33,506 bases of DNA from Nemertoderma westbladi (GCA_032718475.1 JAUCBJ010004570.1:1-33506), one strand, 5' to 3'. Shown: positions 24,101 through 33,506, numbered from the stretch's first letter. The notes: generated by a model not told the origin, from the letters alone. Numbers and translations: made by a program.

Positions 24101-26211
24101 TCGTAATTTTTTCATATCATTGGAAAGCTTGCGTTGCAAGGATTCGAAATATGTAACAATATCTGAATTTCATTGAGAAACAGCTGAGATACAGGCGTTC
24201 AAAGATTGCAAGAAGTATCGTTCGCTGAAGGCCATTTATTCTATTAAATAAATAAACAAAATTCTAGAACTTGTTATTTATTTCATGAGTTGATGCTTGG
24301 TGGGCAACAGCGGTATTCCTATCCAATAGCTCTAATGCATATCTCTATTCATACTTAAACAAAATGTTCCAGAACATTGTGTATCTATAGATACACAGAG
24401 TATCTATAGAGTAGTTTTAAATAGAATAGAGTAGTTTTAAATAGAATAAATGGCCTTCAGCGAACGATAATTCTTGCAATCTTTGAACGCCTATCTCTGC
24501 TGTTTCTCAATGAAATTCAGATATTGTTACATATTTCGAAGCTTGCAACGCAAGCTTTCTAATGATATGAAAAAATTACGACTAGACTAATGTGAAGAAT
24601 GTCCACGATACGGAGAGTGCGATTTCGCAAAAGACACTTTTTAAAAACGCTTATTAAAAAGATTTAAAGACGAAATCGAAAATTCCGGCTTCATGGGGTC
24701 AATGACGGTGAGTGGAACTAGTTGTGTTTCAAATTTCAAGCAATATGATAAAGATTTGTAGAAACAATTGGGGGGGGGGGGGGGGGGGGGGGGGGGTCTG
24801 TATCAGAAAATGACACAATATTACGGGTCATGGTGTATAATAAATGGCCTTCAACGAACGATACTTCTTGCAATCTTTGAACGCCTATTATCTCAGCTGT
24901 TTCTCAACGAAATTCAGATATTGTTACATATTTGGAATCCTTGTAACGCAAGCTTTAACCAAAAGCAAGCCGCGAGCAAGACTCGCGAGTATTTCTGCGT
25001 TGGCGGTGTGTTCGGTGTACCCTTAAGGGTGCAAGGAGTTTAGAAATTAGCTGCTCCTGAATTTGCATGCTTTGATTAAAAATTTTTTTTTTAATTTTTT
25101 GGCGAAAATTTTTCCTGTCTATTTTCCCAGTATTTCCCAGAAGAAACAGGGAAATTTGAAAAAATATCAGAGCATTTTCATATCAGCATAATATAGACAG
25201 ACATGTGTAGTAGGCCTAATAAATACCGGTATTTGAAAAAAATGTCTAAGTGATTTCCTACCAGACATGTGTTTAGACTTTTAGACAGTGAGCATACTAC
25301 AGTAGGCCTACTAGAGGCTGCTAGGCCTATACTGTTGTGATAATTTTTTTTTACTAAAACACTTTTTTTACTCTGCGCGCGTGATCAAATGGTGTCCTGT
25401 CCAAGCACTCAACTTCAGGGTGTTTGAGCTACCTCTAAATATATATAATTTGTGCTCAAATTTTACTCAAGGTGTTTTTTTTATCAGAAGAAAGGACTTG
25501 GCACTTGGGGGGGGGTCAGAGGATAATTTCCACAACTTTTAAATTTTACATTGAAATAAGGACCACCGGCACCCTAATACACATGTTTTTTTTAGCGTTT
25601 CAGTGCCCCCAAACCGGAAATTCCCGAATTTTAAAAAAATAAGAATTTTAAAAAATAAAGATGAAATTTCAATTCAAAACTTAAAAATCAATTTCAATTA
25701 GGCAGGCAGCAGGTTACAGTGACGAAATAATCTAACCAAAACAATACACGAGAGTTAATAGCACAGCGCACATGTTACAGTTTATTTTTGCTATTTAGTT
25801 TTGTCAGTTTGTTGTACTATCAAAATCCAAAACGTACACAATGCATCCTCAAATCCTGCCTGGCATCATTGTTAAAACGTACCCAGTATTTGGGAAGGGT
25901 CTACGTTTTAACCAGGCACCAGGGCAGCAGGGTACCGGTACCTTTTCACTTGTTCCCGGCCGGCTGACCGGCAGACCGGTAGCAGGGTTATCATACAGGG
26001 TGAGGGAAGCCAGTTATCACTGTATCATGTTTGTATGGGTAGATAATTTTAACCAGACAACTTACACATTAAGACGTTGACCCATATCTTGAATAAGATT
26101 TGAAGCTTGCTGTCGCCATGCTTTCTCAGTTCCAGCAGATACTCCATCTAATCGAGAAGGACATTTATCGAGATCTTCCTCAGTTATATACCAACGATTT
26201 TCATCATCCAT
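4852..26211 (-). CDS. CycT: Cyclin T, spliced gene model, 9 coding exons, ~1473 aa if the 1-nt frameshift in exon 6 is corrected
   Basis: Joined exons give [102 protein letters not shown] and INLKEYK. These match diagnostic cyclin T1/T2 motifs. All introns are GT..AG and phases are compatible, exon 6 excepted. Confidence 0.95.
5893..6144 (-). repeat. Coding minisatellite, 21-bp unit encoding DDRTRSV, 12 units
   Basis: Plus-strand unit cacagaccgggttcgatcgtc; variant GDRSRPV recurs 4 units apart. Confidence 0.95.
6570..7230. mobile_element. Fragments of palindromic MITE family B (TA-flanked CACCATG.. termini): right end to 6687, left arm from 6795
   Basis: tacaccatgtcccagaatatagtgtcgtaattcaatga at 6793 is inverted relative to 6657-6689 and 21078-21115. 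Confidence 0.75.
7505..8451. mobile_element. Nested non-autonomous element with ~65-bp TIRs (TCCGCGTAGGTGAAAATAATTATG...)
   Basis: 7505-7569 is the reverse complement of 8383-8451. Confidence 0.8.
7650..7867. mobile_element. ~218-bp hairpin MITE
   Basis: Imperfect ~100-bp inverted arms (actattattcgata...gagtttt / aaaactc...tcgaatatagt). Confidence 0.75.
9050..9640 (+). mobile_element. Probable highly decayed non-LTR retrotransposon fragment (post-RT region)
   Basis: [15 protein letters not shown] and [24 protein letters not shown] loosely resemble LINE thumb-region patterns (PxLxYG; ILG..TxN...ELG..PL). Confidence 0.4.
9900..10610 (+). mobile_element. 5'-truncated non-LTR retrotransposon 3' end with CCHC zinc knuckle and 3' UTR (RTEX-like, clade uncertain)
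   Basis: [14 protein letters not shown]...[22 protein letters not shown]; AATAAA at ~10594. Confidence 0.85.
10714..10747. repeat. Perfect 14-bp hairpin with 6-nt loop
   Basis: tgcaacctgctcct-caaacc-aggagcaggttgca. Confidence 0.85.
11046..13121 (-). CDS. CycT: Cyclin T coding exon 8 (692 codons, low complexity, 12-aa repeats, ends SSKHHHKQ)
   Basis: Acceptor tttttctatag, donor gtatgt; stop-free frame 10953..13106; phase 0-0. Confidence 0.85.
12111..12806 (-). repeat. Coding minisatellite, 36-bp unit encoding KPDQ(R/K)TPTLHPN, 18 full and 2 shortened (8-aa) units
   Basis: Plus-strand unit gatcaggtttattgggatggagtgtgggtgttcttt is directly visible; degenerate units extend to ~12920. Confidence 0.95.
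14412..14663 (-). CDS. CycT: Cyclin T coding exon 7 (Q/A- and proline-rich, ends KSINLK)
   Basis: Acceptor ttttatttcag, donor gtttgt, 252 nt, phase 0-0; junction rebuilds INLK|EYK, like the cyclin T1 VSLKEYR motif. Confidence 0.85.
17155..17215 (+). mobile_element. Second copy of the short (TAG)4-ended element
   Basis: gccggcacagcattcttaaaaatgcagctgcaatgcagcatgccgatcctagtagtagtag matches the reverse complement of 409-470. Confidence 0.7.
18200..18272 (-). mobile_element. tRNA-derived SINE head remnant
   Basis: B-box-like GAGTTCGAGCCC on the minus strand; A box degenerate; no convincing cloverleaf. Confidence 0.5.
18338..18512. repeat. Intronic minisatellite, 23-bp unit gatatctcgtcactataactacc, ~7.5 copies
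   Basis: Near-perfect tandem copies with no spacers, abutting the exon 6 donor. Confidence 0.95.
18517..18656 (-). CDS. CycT: Cyclin T coding exon 6 ([10 protein letters not shown] / [36 protein letters not shown]), with an apparent 1-nt deletion
   Basis: Acceptor aattag, donor gtgagt; 140 nt where 141 is needed; similarity to cyclin T switches frame just after WW (~18626). Confidence 0.85.
18789..18940 (-). CDS. CycT: Cyclin T coding exon 5 ([27 protein letters not shown]...WKDCQ)
   Basis: Acceptor ttttttcag, donor gtaagc, 152 nt; lies within ORF 18666..18977. Confidence 0.95.
19118..19573. mobile_element. MITE with TAGTGTTTAAACGGGATC TIRs and internal CGGGAT repeats (hAT-like termini)
   Basis: tagtgtttaaacgggatc ... 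gatcccgttcaaacacta; flanks gtaggcac/gtacgcac resemble an imperfect 8-bp TSD. Confidence 0.8.
19791..20049. mobile_element. Second, shorter copy of the CGGGAT MITE in the opposite orientation
   Basis: tagtgtttatacgagatccc ... gatcccgtttaaatacta. Confidence 0.75.
20260..21113. mobile_element. Palindromic MITE family B copy
   Basis: Arms ~20300-20635 and ~20700-21050 are reverse complements; the right end gcgtggtg|ta matches the family terminus. Confidence 0.85.
21226..21285 (-). CDS. CycT: Cyclin T coding exon 4 ([20 protein letters not shown])
   Basis: Acceptor ccttaacag, donor gtatgt, 60 nt, phase 1-1; DHPHTH motif. Confidence 0.92.
21427..21797. mobile_element. Tc1/mariner-like MITE (TACAGGGTGTCC left end)
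   Basis: Typical TA|CAGGGTGTCC start; internal inverted pair cattaatgatttgcagtaatt (~21477) / aattactgcaaatcattaatg (~21718); right end degenerate. Confidence 0.6.
21868..21930 (-). mobile_element. tRNA-derived SINE head remnant
   Basis: B-box-like GAGTTCGATCCC on the minus strand. Confidence 0.4.
22029..22218 (-). CDS. CycT: Cyclin T coding exon 3 ([31 protein letters not shown]...LIMLQTLG)
   Basis: Acceptor tttttttag, donor gttagt, 190 nt, contains the cyclin-box LFLAAKVEE motif. Confidence 0.95.
22353..22434 (-). CDS. CycT: Cyclin T coding exon 2 ([27 protein letters not shown])
   Basis: Acceptor tttttcgcag, donor gtgagt, 82 nt; lies within ORF 22311..22532. Confidence 0.95.
22462..23021. 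mobile_element. MITE with ~26-bp TIRs (TCGTGACCATAGAGCCAGAACAACAC), TA-flanked
   Basis: ta|tcgtgaccatagagccagaacaacac ... gtgttgttctggctctttggtcacga|ta; internal repeats of the aacaacac motif. Confidence 0.85.
23863..24835. mobile_element. Complete ~970-bp palindromic MITE family A, nested in an older copy of the same family (~23670-24956)
   Basis: TIR caccatgacccgtaa / ttacgggtcatggtg|ta with ~400-bp inverted arms; the flanks rejoin to match the family core at 8545-8700. Confidence 0.88.
26066..26211 (-). CDS. CycT: Cyclin T coding exon 1 ([23 protein letters not shown]...[10 protein letters not shown])
   Basis: ATG at 26211; 146 nt; donor GT|gtaagt; too short for the ORF track, translated by hand. 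Confidence 0.93.
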
Positions 26212-27399
26212 AACTACATGCAAAGGTCAGCCCTATCAGCAACAACATGCCTGTCAGCCTGTCTGTGCTGTGAGCAGTGAGGTGTAAGGCCCTGTTCCAC
26301 CTGCACTGCACTCTACAGCTACAGCTCTACTACAGTCAGACAGTAGGCTAGGGGTAGGCAGTCGGTGAGAAGTCAAAAATTGGACTTGAGTCCAAAATTG
26401 GACTTCGACTCCAGTTCAAGTCCAAAATTGGACTTCTACGAGTCCAATATTGGACTTCAAATCAGCCAATTGTTCCAGGGCCTTGGGTAATTGGATCGGG
26501 CGGGATTTTTTTTTTTAATCGAAAATATATCAAAAAATAAGAGTTTTGAACAGGGGGACCTGAAATTCACCAGGGGGAACTCTTTTTATAAGGCTTTGGA
26601 TTTTTACAAAAGTCCAATATTGGACTTTAAGTCCAATTTTGGACGCGACATTGAGAATCAAACTACTTAAATGTACATGACGCATAACAGATGATAGACA
26701 GCCAGACAGCTATTAAGTTAGGCCTATGGAAAGTTACCTTTGCAGCTCTGTATGTATCTTCAGTGTACTGTACTTAGAATATAATGGTACATTCTAGCAT
26801 TCTAGGTACTTTGTACTTTACTTTTAGCATATTGTTTAGTTTACATTCATGTTATGTCTAACCTTACAGCCTTATGTACCCAGGACTTTAAAGTCTTTAG
26901 GACTAGATTAGATTATGCTCCAAGAAATATTTAATTACAAATTATATTTGGTGGAAACTGGTAGCAATGCCAGGTTTGCCAACTGCAGCTGCTGCTAAGG
27001 CTAACTACAGTACACAGTACAATCTACGATTTCCTCTAAGCCTATGGGAGCCCTATCAGAAAGAAATACTACAAGTTGATGCTACCACCATCTCTTCTAA
27101 TTTTTCCATACAACAGGAAGGGTATTTTAAAACGGCTGGATAATGAAAGGGGGTTAACTGATTAGGCCTAACGTGTTGGGGTTTCCACATAATAAGTACA
27201 GAAGTAACACACGTCATAAACCAATTGAGGGAAAGGAACAGGTTACAGATACAGAGGCAGGCTTTTCTAACTAATACAATAAACGGCCCCTTTGACTTTA
27301 CCAATTGAAGGAGCCCTATCACCACATACTACCGGTACTAACTACAATCCAGCAATCGGCATGCTGCATTGCAGCTGCATTATATATATAGGCCCTATT

Positions 27400-27700
27400 A
27401 ACGCCTCCACAACTCCCTTACACTCTTACAGCCTTATCACCCATGATATTTGCTAGATCATCCGCATCTTCAAGGCCAGTGTCCTTTGAGACAGTAAGAA
27501 AGATGCGTCTCAAGAAAGTCATGGGCTGTCCACCATGCTTATTTACTCCATGAGGTGCACAGGCTGGTCCTCAGGGCGAAAGCAATGTCCTGCAAAGCGG
27601 AGGCGGCTTCTAGTGTCAAGCTTGGGGGAACTAATGAGACACCTCCAACTCCAATGTTATATAGTGTCTGGTTGGAGATGTGTGCATTGTACTTGACACA
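27400..27700 (-). mobile_element. RTE-like LINE 3' fragment inside the TIR element
   Basis: Minus-strand HISNQTLY, RLRFAGHCFRPEDQPV and KDTGLEDADDLANIMGDK, frameshifted. Confidence 0.8.
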
Positions 27701-27768
27701 GCCTGTCAGTCAAACAGTCAAACAGTGAACCTAATCAAAACAATTAGTCAATAAACATTAACTCAATA

Positions 27769-27937
27769 ACATAGGCCTAATAGGTTACAGTTTACAGTAG
27801 TCTTATTTTTGCCATACGAAAATACCACAGGTATGGGTATGAATGAACTATACATAGGCCTAATAGGTTACAGTTTACAGTAGTCTTATTTTTGCCATAC
27901 GAAAATACCACAGGTATGGGTATGAATGAACTATACA
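27769..27937. repeat. Exact 83-bp tandem duplication
   Basis: acataggcctaataggttacag...gaatgaactat occurs twice. Confidence 0.92.
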
Positions 27938-28343
27938 GCTAAAACTCGCTACCGCGGTATACACCACTAAGGTAGGCCTAGCTGCCTAGTAAGGCTACTG
28001 CAAAGCCATACCACTACCGCAAAAAGTAACTACTGATGTCTGACTGTACGTGTGCGATCTGCGATCCCTGCTTATAATACTTATAATAGGCCTAATTAAT
28101 TTGATCATTAAAATGATGTTGCATTGTAATTATGTAATATATATGTACTGATACGGGATGCAGTTTTGATTGAAATACCGATATACAGTATGGCAGCACG
28201 GGTACACTTGGAGTTGTACTAAAGTCCAATATTGGACTTTGGAGTCCAAAATTGGACTTGAAGTCTAAAATTGGACTTGAAGTCCAATTTTTGACTTCTC
28301 ACCGACTGGTAGGCCTACCCCTCCCCTACAGTCACAGTCAGCA

Positions 28344-28821
28344 GGAACACTGGTCACAATTTGTCCAATTTACAGCCAGAATGTGTCCGCGGAAAATGCT
28401 CTCAGACTGTCAGAGTGAAATTTCTCCATAGAAAACAATGCACTGCAATGCTAAATTTCATTTGAAAACCGGCAGACCGGCAGTGAAATCTTAACATTGG
28501 CATTCTAAAAATTAGCCATTAGAACGGCAATAAAATTCTGTGTAAATTAATTTGAGAATTAGAATATCATCGTTGGGATAACTATCATTAATACGGTAAT
28601 ATTAAAAGTAAAATCATGTCACCTTATGTACCCAGCTTCTGGGCTTCTGCTTTGAGGACTAGTGAAGTTACAGCCAAAATATGTCCGAAAATATAATCAC
28701 AGCCTGTGAAGGACAAATAGTGGCTGCACGGACTGACGGACACTTTCTGGCTGTAAATATGTGGATAATTTTTGGCTGAGCCCTGATGCCTGAGCTTCAG
28801 CCAGAAAGTGACCAGTGTTCC
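28344..28821. mobile_element. MITE with GGAACACTGGTCAC TIRs
   Basis: ca|ggaacactggtcac ... gtgaccagtgttcc|ta; internal inverted tacagccagaa..gtcc motifs. Confidence 0.75.
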
Positions 28822-30939
28822 TAACTGGCAGACTGGCCTACTACAGTACTACACTAGCCAGCTAGCTGACTAGGCCTACCGGTCTGCCGGTTGCCACTTT
28901 TCTTCAACCAGTCCAGCAGTCAGTACACAGTAGCCAGGTAGGCTACTGTGTACTGAGGTAGCAGTCCTGCCCTGCTGTCCTGGATTCACCTGTCTGCCTG
29001 TTCAGACTACACACACAGGACAGCAGGTGGCAGGCTGGCAGGACGTCAGACAATGTCAGATACAGCAACAACACTACCGGTACATCAACACAGCCAGACA
29101 GCAGGTACAGTCTGCAGTCAGGCGTTACCGTTATTCCAGAATGCAGTACAGCAGTACTGTCCTACACTCTGCACTCAGACACTGCTGCACTATTCCAGTA
29201 TTCAGGCTGTCAGGTACCGGTAGGCAGGTAGGCCTATTGCAGTATTGACAACCTGCAGACCTGACATGCTGATAACCTGACGCTGACAGCCTGAGGTTGC
29301 AAGAAGAAACCTTTACTTACTAACCGGGGTCCCAGTCGAAATTGATCCATGCCCCCTGTAAAAAAATCCCCCTCTCCAGTACTCCAAGCCAAGGCATGAT
29401 TGTGTGTTGAGCAGTTGAGTTGAGAGAGTAGCCTACATGATTGTGTGTAATGCAGTAGTGTCCTAGGACATATTCGCCTAGTCCTGTCTGCCTGTAGTCC
29501 TTATTGCCCCAGGCAGGCCCGTGCTAAATCTCCTTAGGCTGTTAGGCGAATCTACACCACTCCACGCCAAATGTCCCACCCCCTAAGCAAACTCATTTTA
29601 TTAAATTCCAGAAGTTATTTCTAGAAATTGACCTAATTTAATTCCCTATAAATCATTGTCATACATTTTCAAGATCCCAAGTATGTTGATTTAAATAAAA
29701 ATATAAAAAATTATTTCACGTAAAAAAATGTGCAAAATAAACTTGGGCTGGAATGATGAATGAACTTGCGTTCAACAAAAACAAGAAACTTCAATTTATT
29801 TATTCCAATAATCCTTCAAAGTACTATATAGATGAGACAGGGGGAAACTGGACACAAATCCCGCCTTGGCGAATTAATAACCCGCCTCAATGTTAAATTA
29901 TAAATTTAGGGAAAGGAGCAGGTTTACAGTGGCGATGGCCGGATGGCACGTTATAAACACAATAAACTAAGCACAATAGAACAGGTTACAGTTTTATTTT
30001 GAGAATACTCAGCTGTTAAATGCGTCGAATTTCCTCTGGAGAGGGATGCATTGTTATTGCGTCCAGCCCTCCCCCCCCCCCCCCCACCCCCCCCCCGATC
30101 GGATATAGATATACAGTACCCTCCACCAAATGGTAAACTTGTACTACTGTTGTAGGCCTACTGTACTATCAATTTAAAATAAATAGAAGCCTGGACTTGA
30201 AGGTTGCCACCACCGGGGAGTGAGGGAGAGGGAGTGAGAGGGAGGGGGGATGGAGGGGGAGGAATATCCAACTGGCAGTTGTGCTAACATTTGACTATCA
30301 AAAATGGCAGTTGTGGTGAAAAAAAAATAGTGGTAACAAGTTGAGCTGACATTTGATCAGGGACATGTGTCCGACGTTTTGATAGGGTCCCCATGTACTC
30401 TATGTAATGTTAGCACAAGTGCCCACTTTGCAATCCCTGAAATGTGAGGAAAAAAATCGTGTATCCCATTAGCGTCCTCTTCTTGAACATTCAACAATGA
30501 TTGACTGGAGTTCTGCTAACATGTAAAAGTTGTGCTAACATCAAACAAATGACACCATCAATATTGATTAAAATTATCTCATGGAATTTATATAATACCA
30601 GTTGTAGGAACATTTCTCCTCTGCAGTTAGTCAGCGAATTCTTGCTGTCTATAAAATATTCTAGAACGTTTAATTATTTACATGGAGTGAACGGCGATGC
30701 CATTGTTAGAGAATGCAATATATCGAGCTTGAAGGCGAATATATGTTTGCTGGCCAGACAGTAGTGAGCTAATGCAATGGATGGGGAAGCCAGCCTGCGG
30801 CGATATTGATTTGTGATGTAAATAGGAGGGCCCTTTGCCCCACAAATTCGGGTTCATAATAATTCGGGGTAATGTAAATTTATCTGTGAATATGAAGCAC
30901 TACTGGAGGCAATATTAAGGGTACTCTTTCACTTGTAGT

Positions 30940-32231
30940 CGAGTCAATCTAGCAAAAAACCCGAAAGTATTTCGCAATCAATCCGAACCACACATTTTGG
31001 ATTCTATATTACCTTATTAATGACCAAAAAAAAGTCTACAAAATTTTATTTTGCGGATCATATGTTTATTCATGGAAATTCTGCGTAAATTTGCATAACA
31101 CAAGCCAAACAAAAGGAACAGTAGGGAAAAGTAAGTAGCAAATTGGTGATGTTCCAGAATAATTTAATTAATTTCACAATAAGCTGTGATTCAATGTGAA
31201 ATTAGTAATATTTATACTGGCGTGTTACACATTAATTGCTATATCTCGGAAACTAGAAGTCGCATCAAATTTTTAAATATATCAAAAACTTCACGATATA
31301 TTAAGGTAACTGTTGTAAAAAAAATTATACACTGCAAGGAAATTTCATAACTTCCATTAATGTTAGTGAAGATTTTTCACGTACTTAAATTGTGATTGCT
31401 CTATTGATTTTAGGTGTAATTTATTTATAATATAATACTAATAATAATATTGTTTCTTTATATAGCGCTTTTCTACGCTCTGCATACTCAAAGCGCTTTT
31501 ATTATCATTACCCCAGCAAAGCCAGGTTCCCATTATACCGCTGGGTTGACGTAGGCACTAATGTCTAAAGTGTCTTGCCTAGGGACACAACAGTGCGAAA
31601 TTTCTACAGCCTTTAGTCGGATACGAACCTGCGCCACCAAACACTATTGTGTAAGCAGTTCAGGCGCCGTATCCACTCGGACACTGCGACATCTTTTATA
31701 TATTTATTTGTTTTAGTTTAGAAACTCATTAATAGTTATCATATATTGTAACAAATAAATTTTTTGGGGATAAGGTTTTTTGAGGTCGATAAATCCGATG
31801 GGCGAGGTTACATCCACCCGTTTAGTAGAGAAGTTGTGTAAATAAGGTCCTTATATTGTACCAGCAAAATTGGTATTAAAAATGGTTAAATTATTAGACA
31901 AATTTCCGTTGCTATGGAAACTAAATTGGTAACGATCTAGAAGTGCATACATCTGTCAAGCGATAGTCATTAGAGTAAAGTTTGTCTGTACCAAATTTGG
32001 AGAAAATCACACCAATAGACTCTATGTTGCTATGTTGCTCTAGCTAAGTTGCTATGTAAATACCATGTTGCTAAGGAAAGAAACAGGAAATTGAAGGTGA
32101 TCCGCATAATATATTTTTATAGACTTTTTTGGGGGGTATTAACAAGGTAATGTAGAATAAAAAAAAATTGGTTTGGATGAATTGCGAATTTGTTATGGGT
32201 TGTCCACGCTTTTTCGGCTAGACTTGACTCG
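30940..32231. mobile_element. Probable old TIR element hosting a SINE
   Basis: cgagtcaatctagcaaaaaac versus gctttttcggctagacttgactcg form an imperfect inverted pair. Confidence 0.45.
31433..31690 (-). mobile_element. tRNA-derived SINE with conserved central domain and L2-type tail
   Basis: Minus strand: A box tgtccgagtgg, B box ggttcgtatcc, core ttgtgtccctaggcaagacacttta, caacccagcggtataatgggaacc, tail aaagcgctatata..(att)n. Confidence 0.85.
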
Positions 32232-32524
32232 CATATTGCTTCCTTCTCTTGTTTTATTTACGTACAAGGCAAGGGGGACTCCACACTAACTCCCACGGAT
32301 GAACACAGAGGATGATCTCATATACATATTATATATTGTGCTGTGCAATGGTCGTATTTCGATTGTGAATCATTTTTTGCATTACAAACAAGATTTATTT
32401 ATCCTTAATTAGATCAAATTGATTTTATGACCATGTAGGTTGTTTGGGATGCTGATCACGAATATGACACTGAAATATTACGTACATTATTGATTAGGGA
32501 ATTTTTGGATATGTGCGTGTCAAC

Positions 32525-32581
32525 ATGGAATGCTATATAGAGATATAGCATTCGCACAGTATTCTCTATATAGCATTCCAT
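32525..32581. repeat. Perfect 19-bp inverted repeat with 19-nt spacer (mini-MITE-like), lying between ~45-bp direct repeats
   Basis: atggaatgctatatagaga / tctctatatagcattccat; gctgatcacgaatatgacact occurs at ~32451 and ~32669. Confidence 0.8.
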
Positions 32582-33380
32582 TGTTTCAATGTACGGCATG
32601 GAAATTTGATAATACAAAAATGATTACCAAATCAACGTGATTTTTAGACATTATGGGTTTTCTGGGACGCTGATCACGAATATGACACTCAAAAATATCG
32701 GATTATCGAACTAAATTCGATTTTTGGCGTTTGAAATTTTACGCTATTTGTATTTATTTATATATACATTAAATATATATATATATATATCTAAATAATG
32801 CAGCCAAATCTCATCGTCATATATGTCTTTATTCAATTTCCATTTTCTCGAATTTAGCTGAATATTTTTTTCTAATTTTTCTAATAGACGTAGAGAAAGG
32901 AATTTTCTACGAGGCCAAAACATATTTGGATCATAAACATTAAATCATTCAAAGAAAATTGGAATATATATATCGCCATATATATATATATATATCCCTT
33001 ATATATATAATATACTAGATGTATAACTTTTTTTGTGGTTCTTTGGCTACAAATATACAATATATGTATAATGGCATCCTATGCTGCTCGCATTCTATAT
33101 TGTGTTTAGAAAAACCACTTTCAGTTAAAATTACATTTCCGTGATAATTGGGTTAATGTACTGTACCTAAAAGCGAAATACATTACCGTATAATACTGCA
33201 GGTATCGATGCCATACAGTATTACTTGTTATATGAAGTACTGTATATAGGTAGGGTGAGTGAGGGAGACTTGAACCCCAAAAGTTATAATCGCTCTAAAG
33301 AACAGATAAATAAATTTTTCAATGCCGTTTTAACTTTTTCACATTACATTTATGATTGCTATCATTATGTCAGAGTTTGA

Positions 33381-33506
33381 GAACTTCAAGGACCCAGAAG
33401 TAGTAGATATCCGGCAACTACAGTCACTGACACCGAATTCGCGGATGACATCGCCCTGCTCTCTAATACGCTAGCAGATGCACAGCTTCTACTGAATAAA
33501 GTGGAG
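33381..33506 (+). mobile_element. 5'-truncated RTE-like LINE, RT catalytic region, runs off the window end
   Basis: ELQGPRSSRYPATTVTDTEFADDIALLSNTLADAQLLLNKVE (FADD motif). Confidence 0.88.

Larger units (their letters stand above)
26359..28308. mobile_element. ~1.95-kb non-autonomous DNA transposon, perfect 29-bp TIRs, 5-bp TSD GTAGG (hAT5-like)
   Basis: gtagg|CAGTCGGTGAGAAGTCAAAAATTGGACTT ... AAGTCCAATTTTTGACTTCTCACCGACTG|gtagg; subterminal AGTCCAAWATTGGACT palindromes at both ends; no transposase ORF. Confidence 0.88.

Noticed and set aside
28760-28785. Sm-site-like AATTTTTGG (snRNA or SL RNA)
   Set aside because: Part of the internal repeat of the 28344-28821 MITE; no snRNA or SL RNA structure seen.
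29027-29248. 73-aa Q/S-rich ORF upstream of Cyclin T
   Set aside because: Low-complexity CAG/TAC-rich sequence with a GTG start and no recognisable motif.

Overview
AT-rich eukaryotic (probably invertebrate animal) genomic DNA. The window is dominated by one multi-exon gene on the minus strand, a Cyclin T (P-TEFb cyclin, CDK9 partner). I assembled it by hand into 9 coding exons from ATG 26211 to TAG 4852, all with GT-AG introns. The predicted protein is about 1473 aa, with a well-conserved cyclin box and a very long low-complexity tail carrying two tandem arrays (a 12-aa Thr-Pro/His repeat and a 7-aa Arg/Asp/Ser repeat). As given, exon 6 has a 1-nt frameshift. Introns and flanks are packed with decayed non-LTR retrotransposon pieces (mostly RTE-like), tRNA-derived SINEs and many nested inverted-repeat elements (MITEs). 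Around the gene's 5' end there is a dense cluster of short TA-flanked palindromes (TAGGCCTA, TACCGGTA, TACWGTA) that look like cut-and-paste transposon excision footprints. No prokaryotic features, CRISPR array or intact RNA gene were found. All coordinates and counts are by eye, and no database searches were run.
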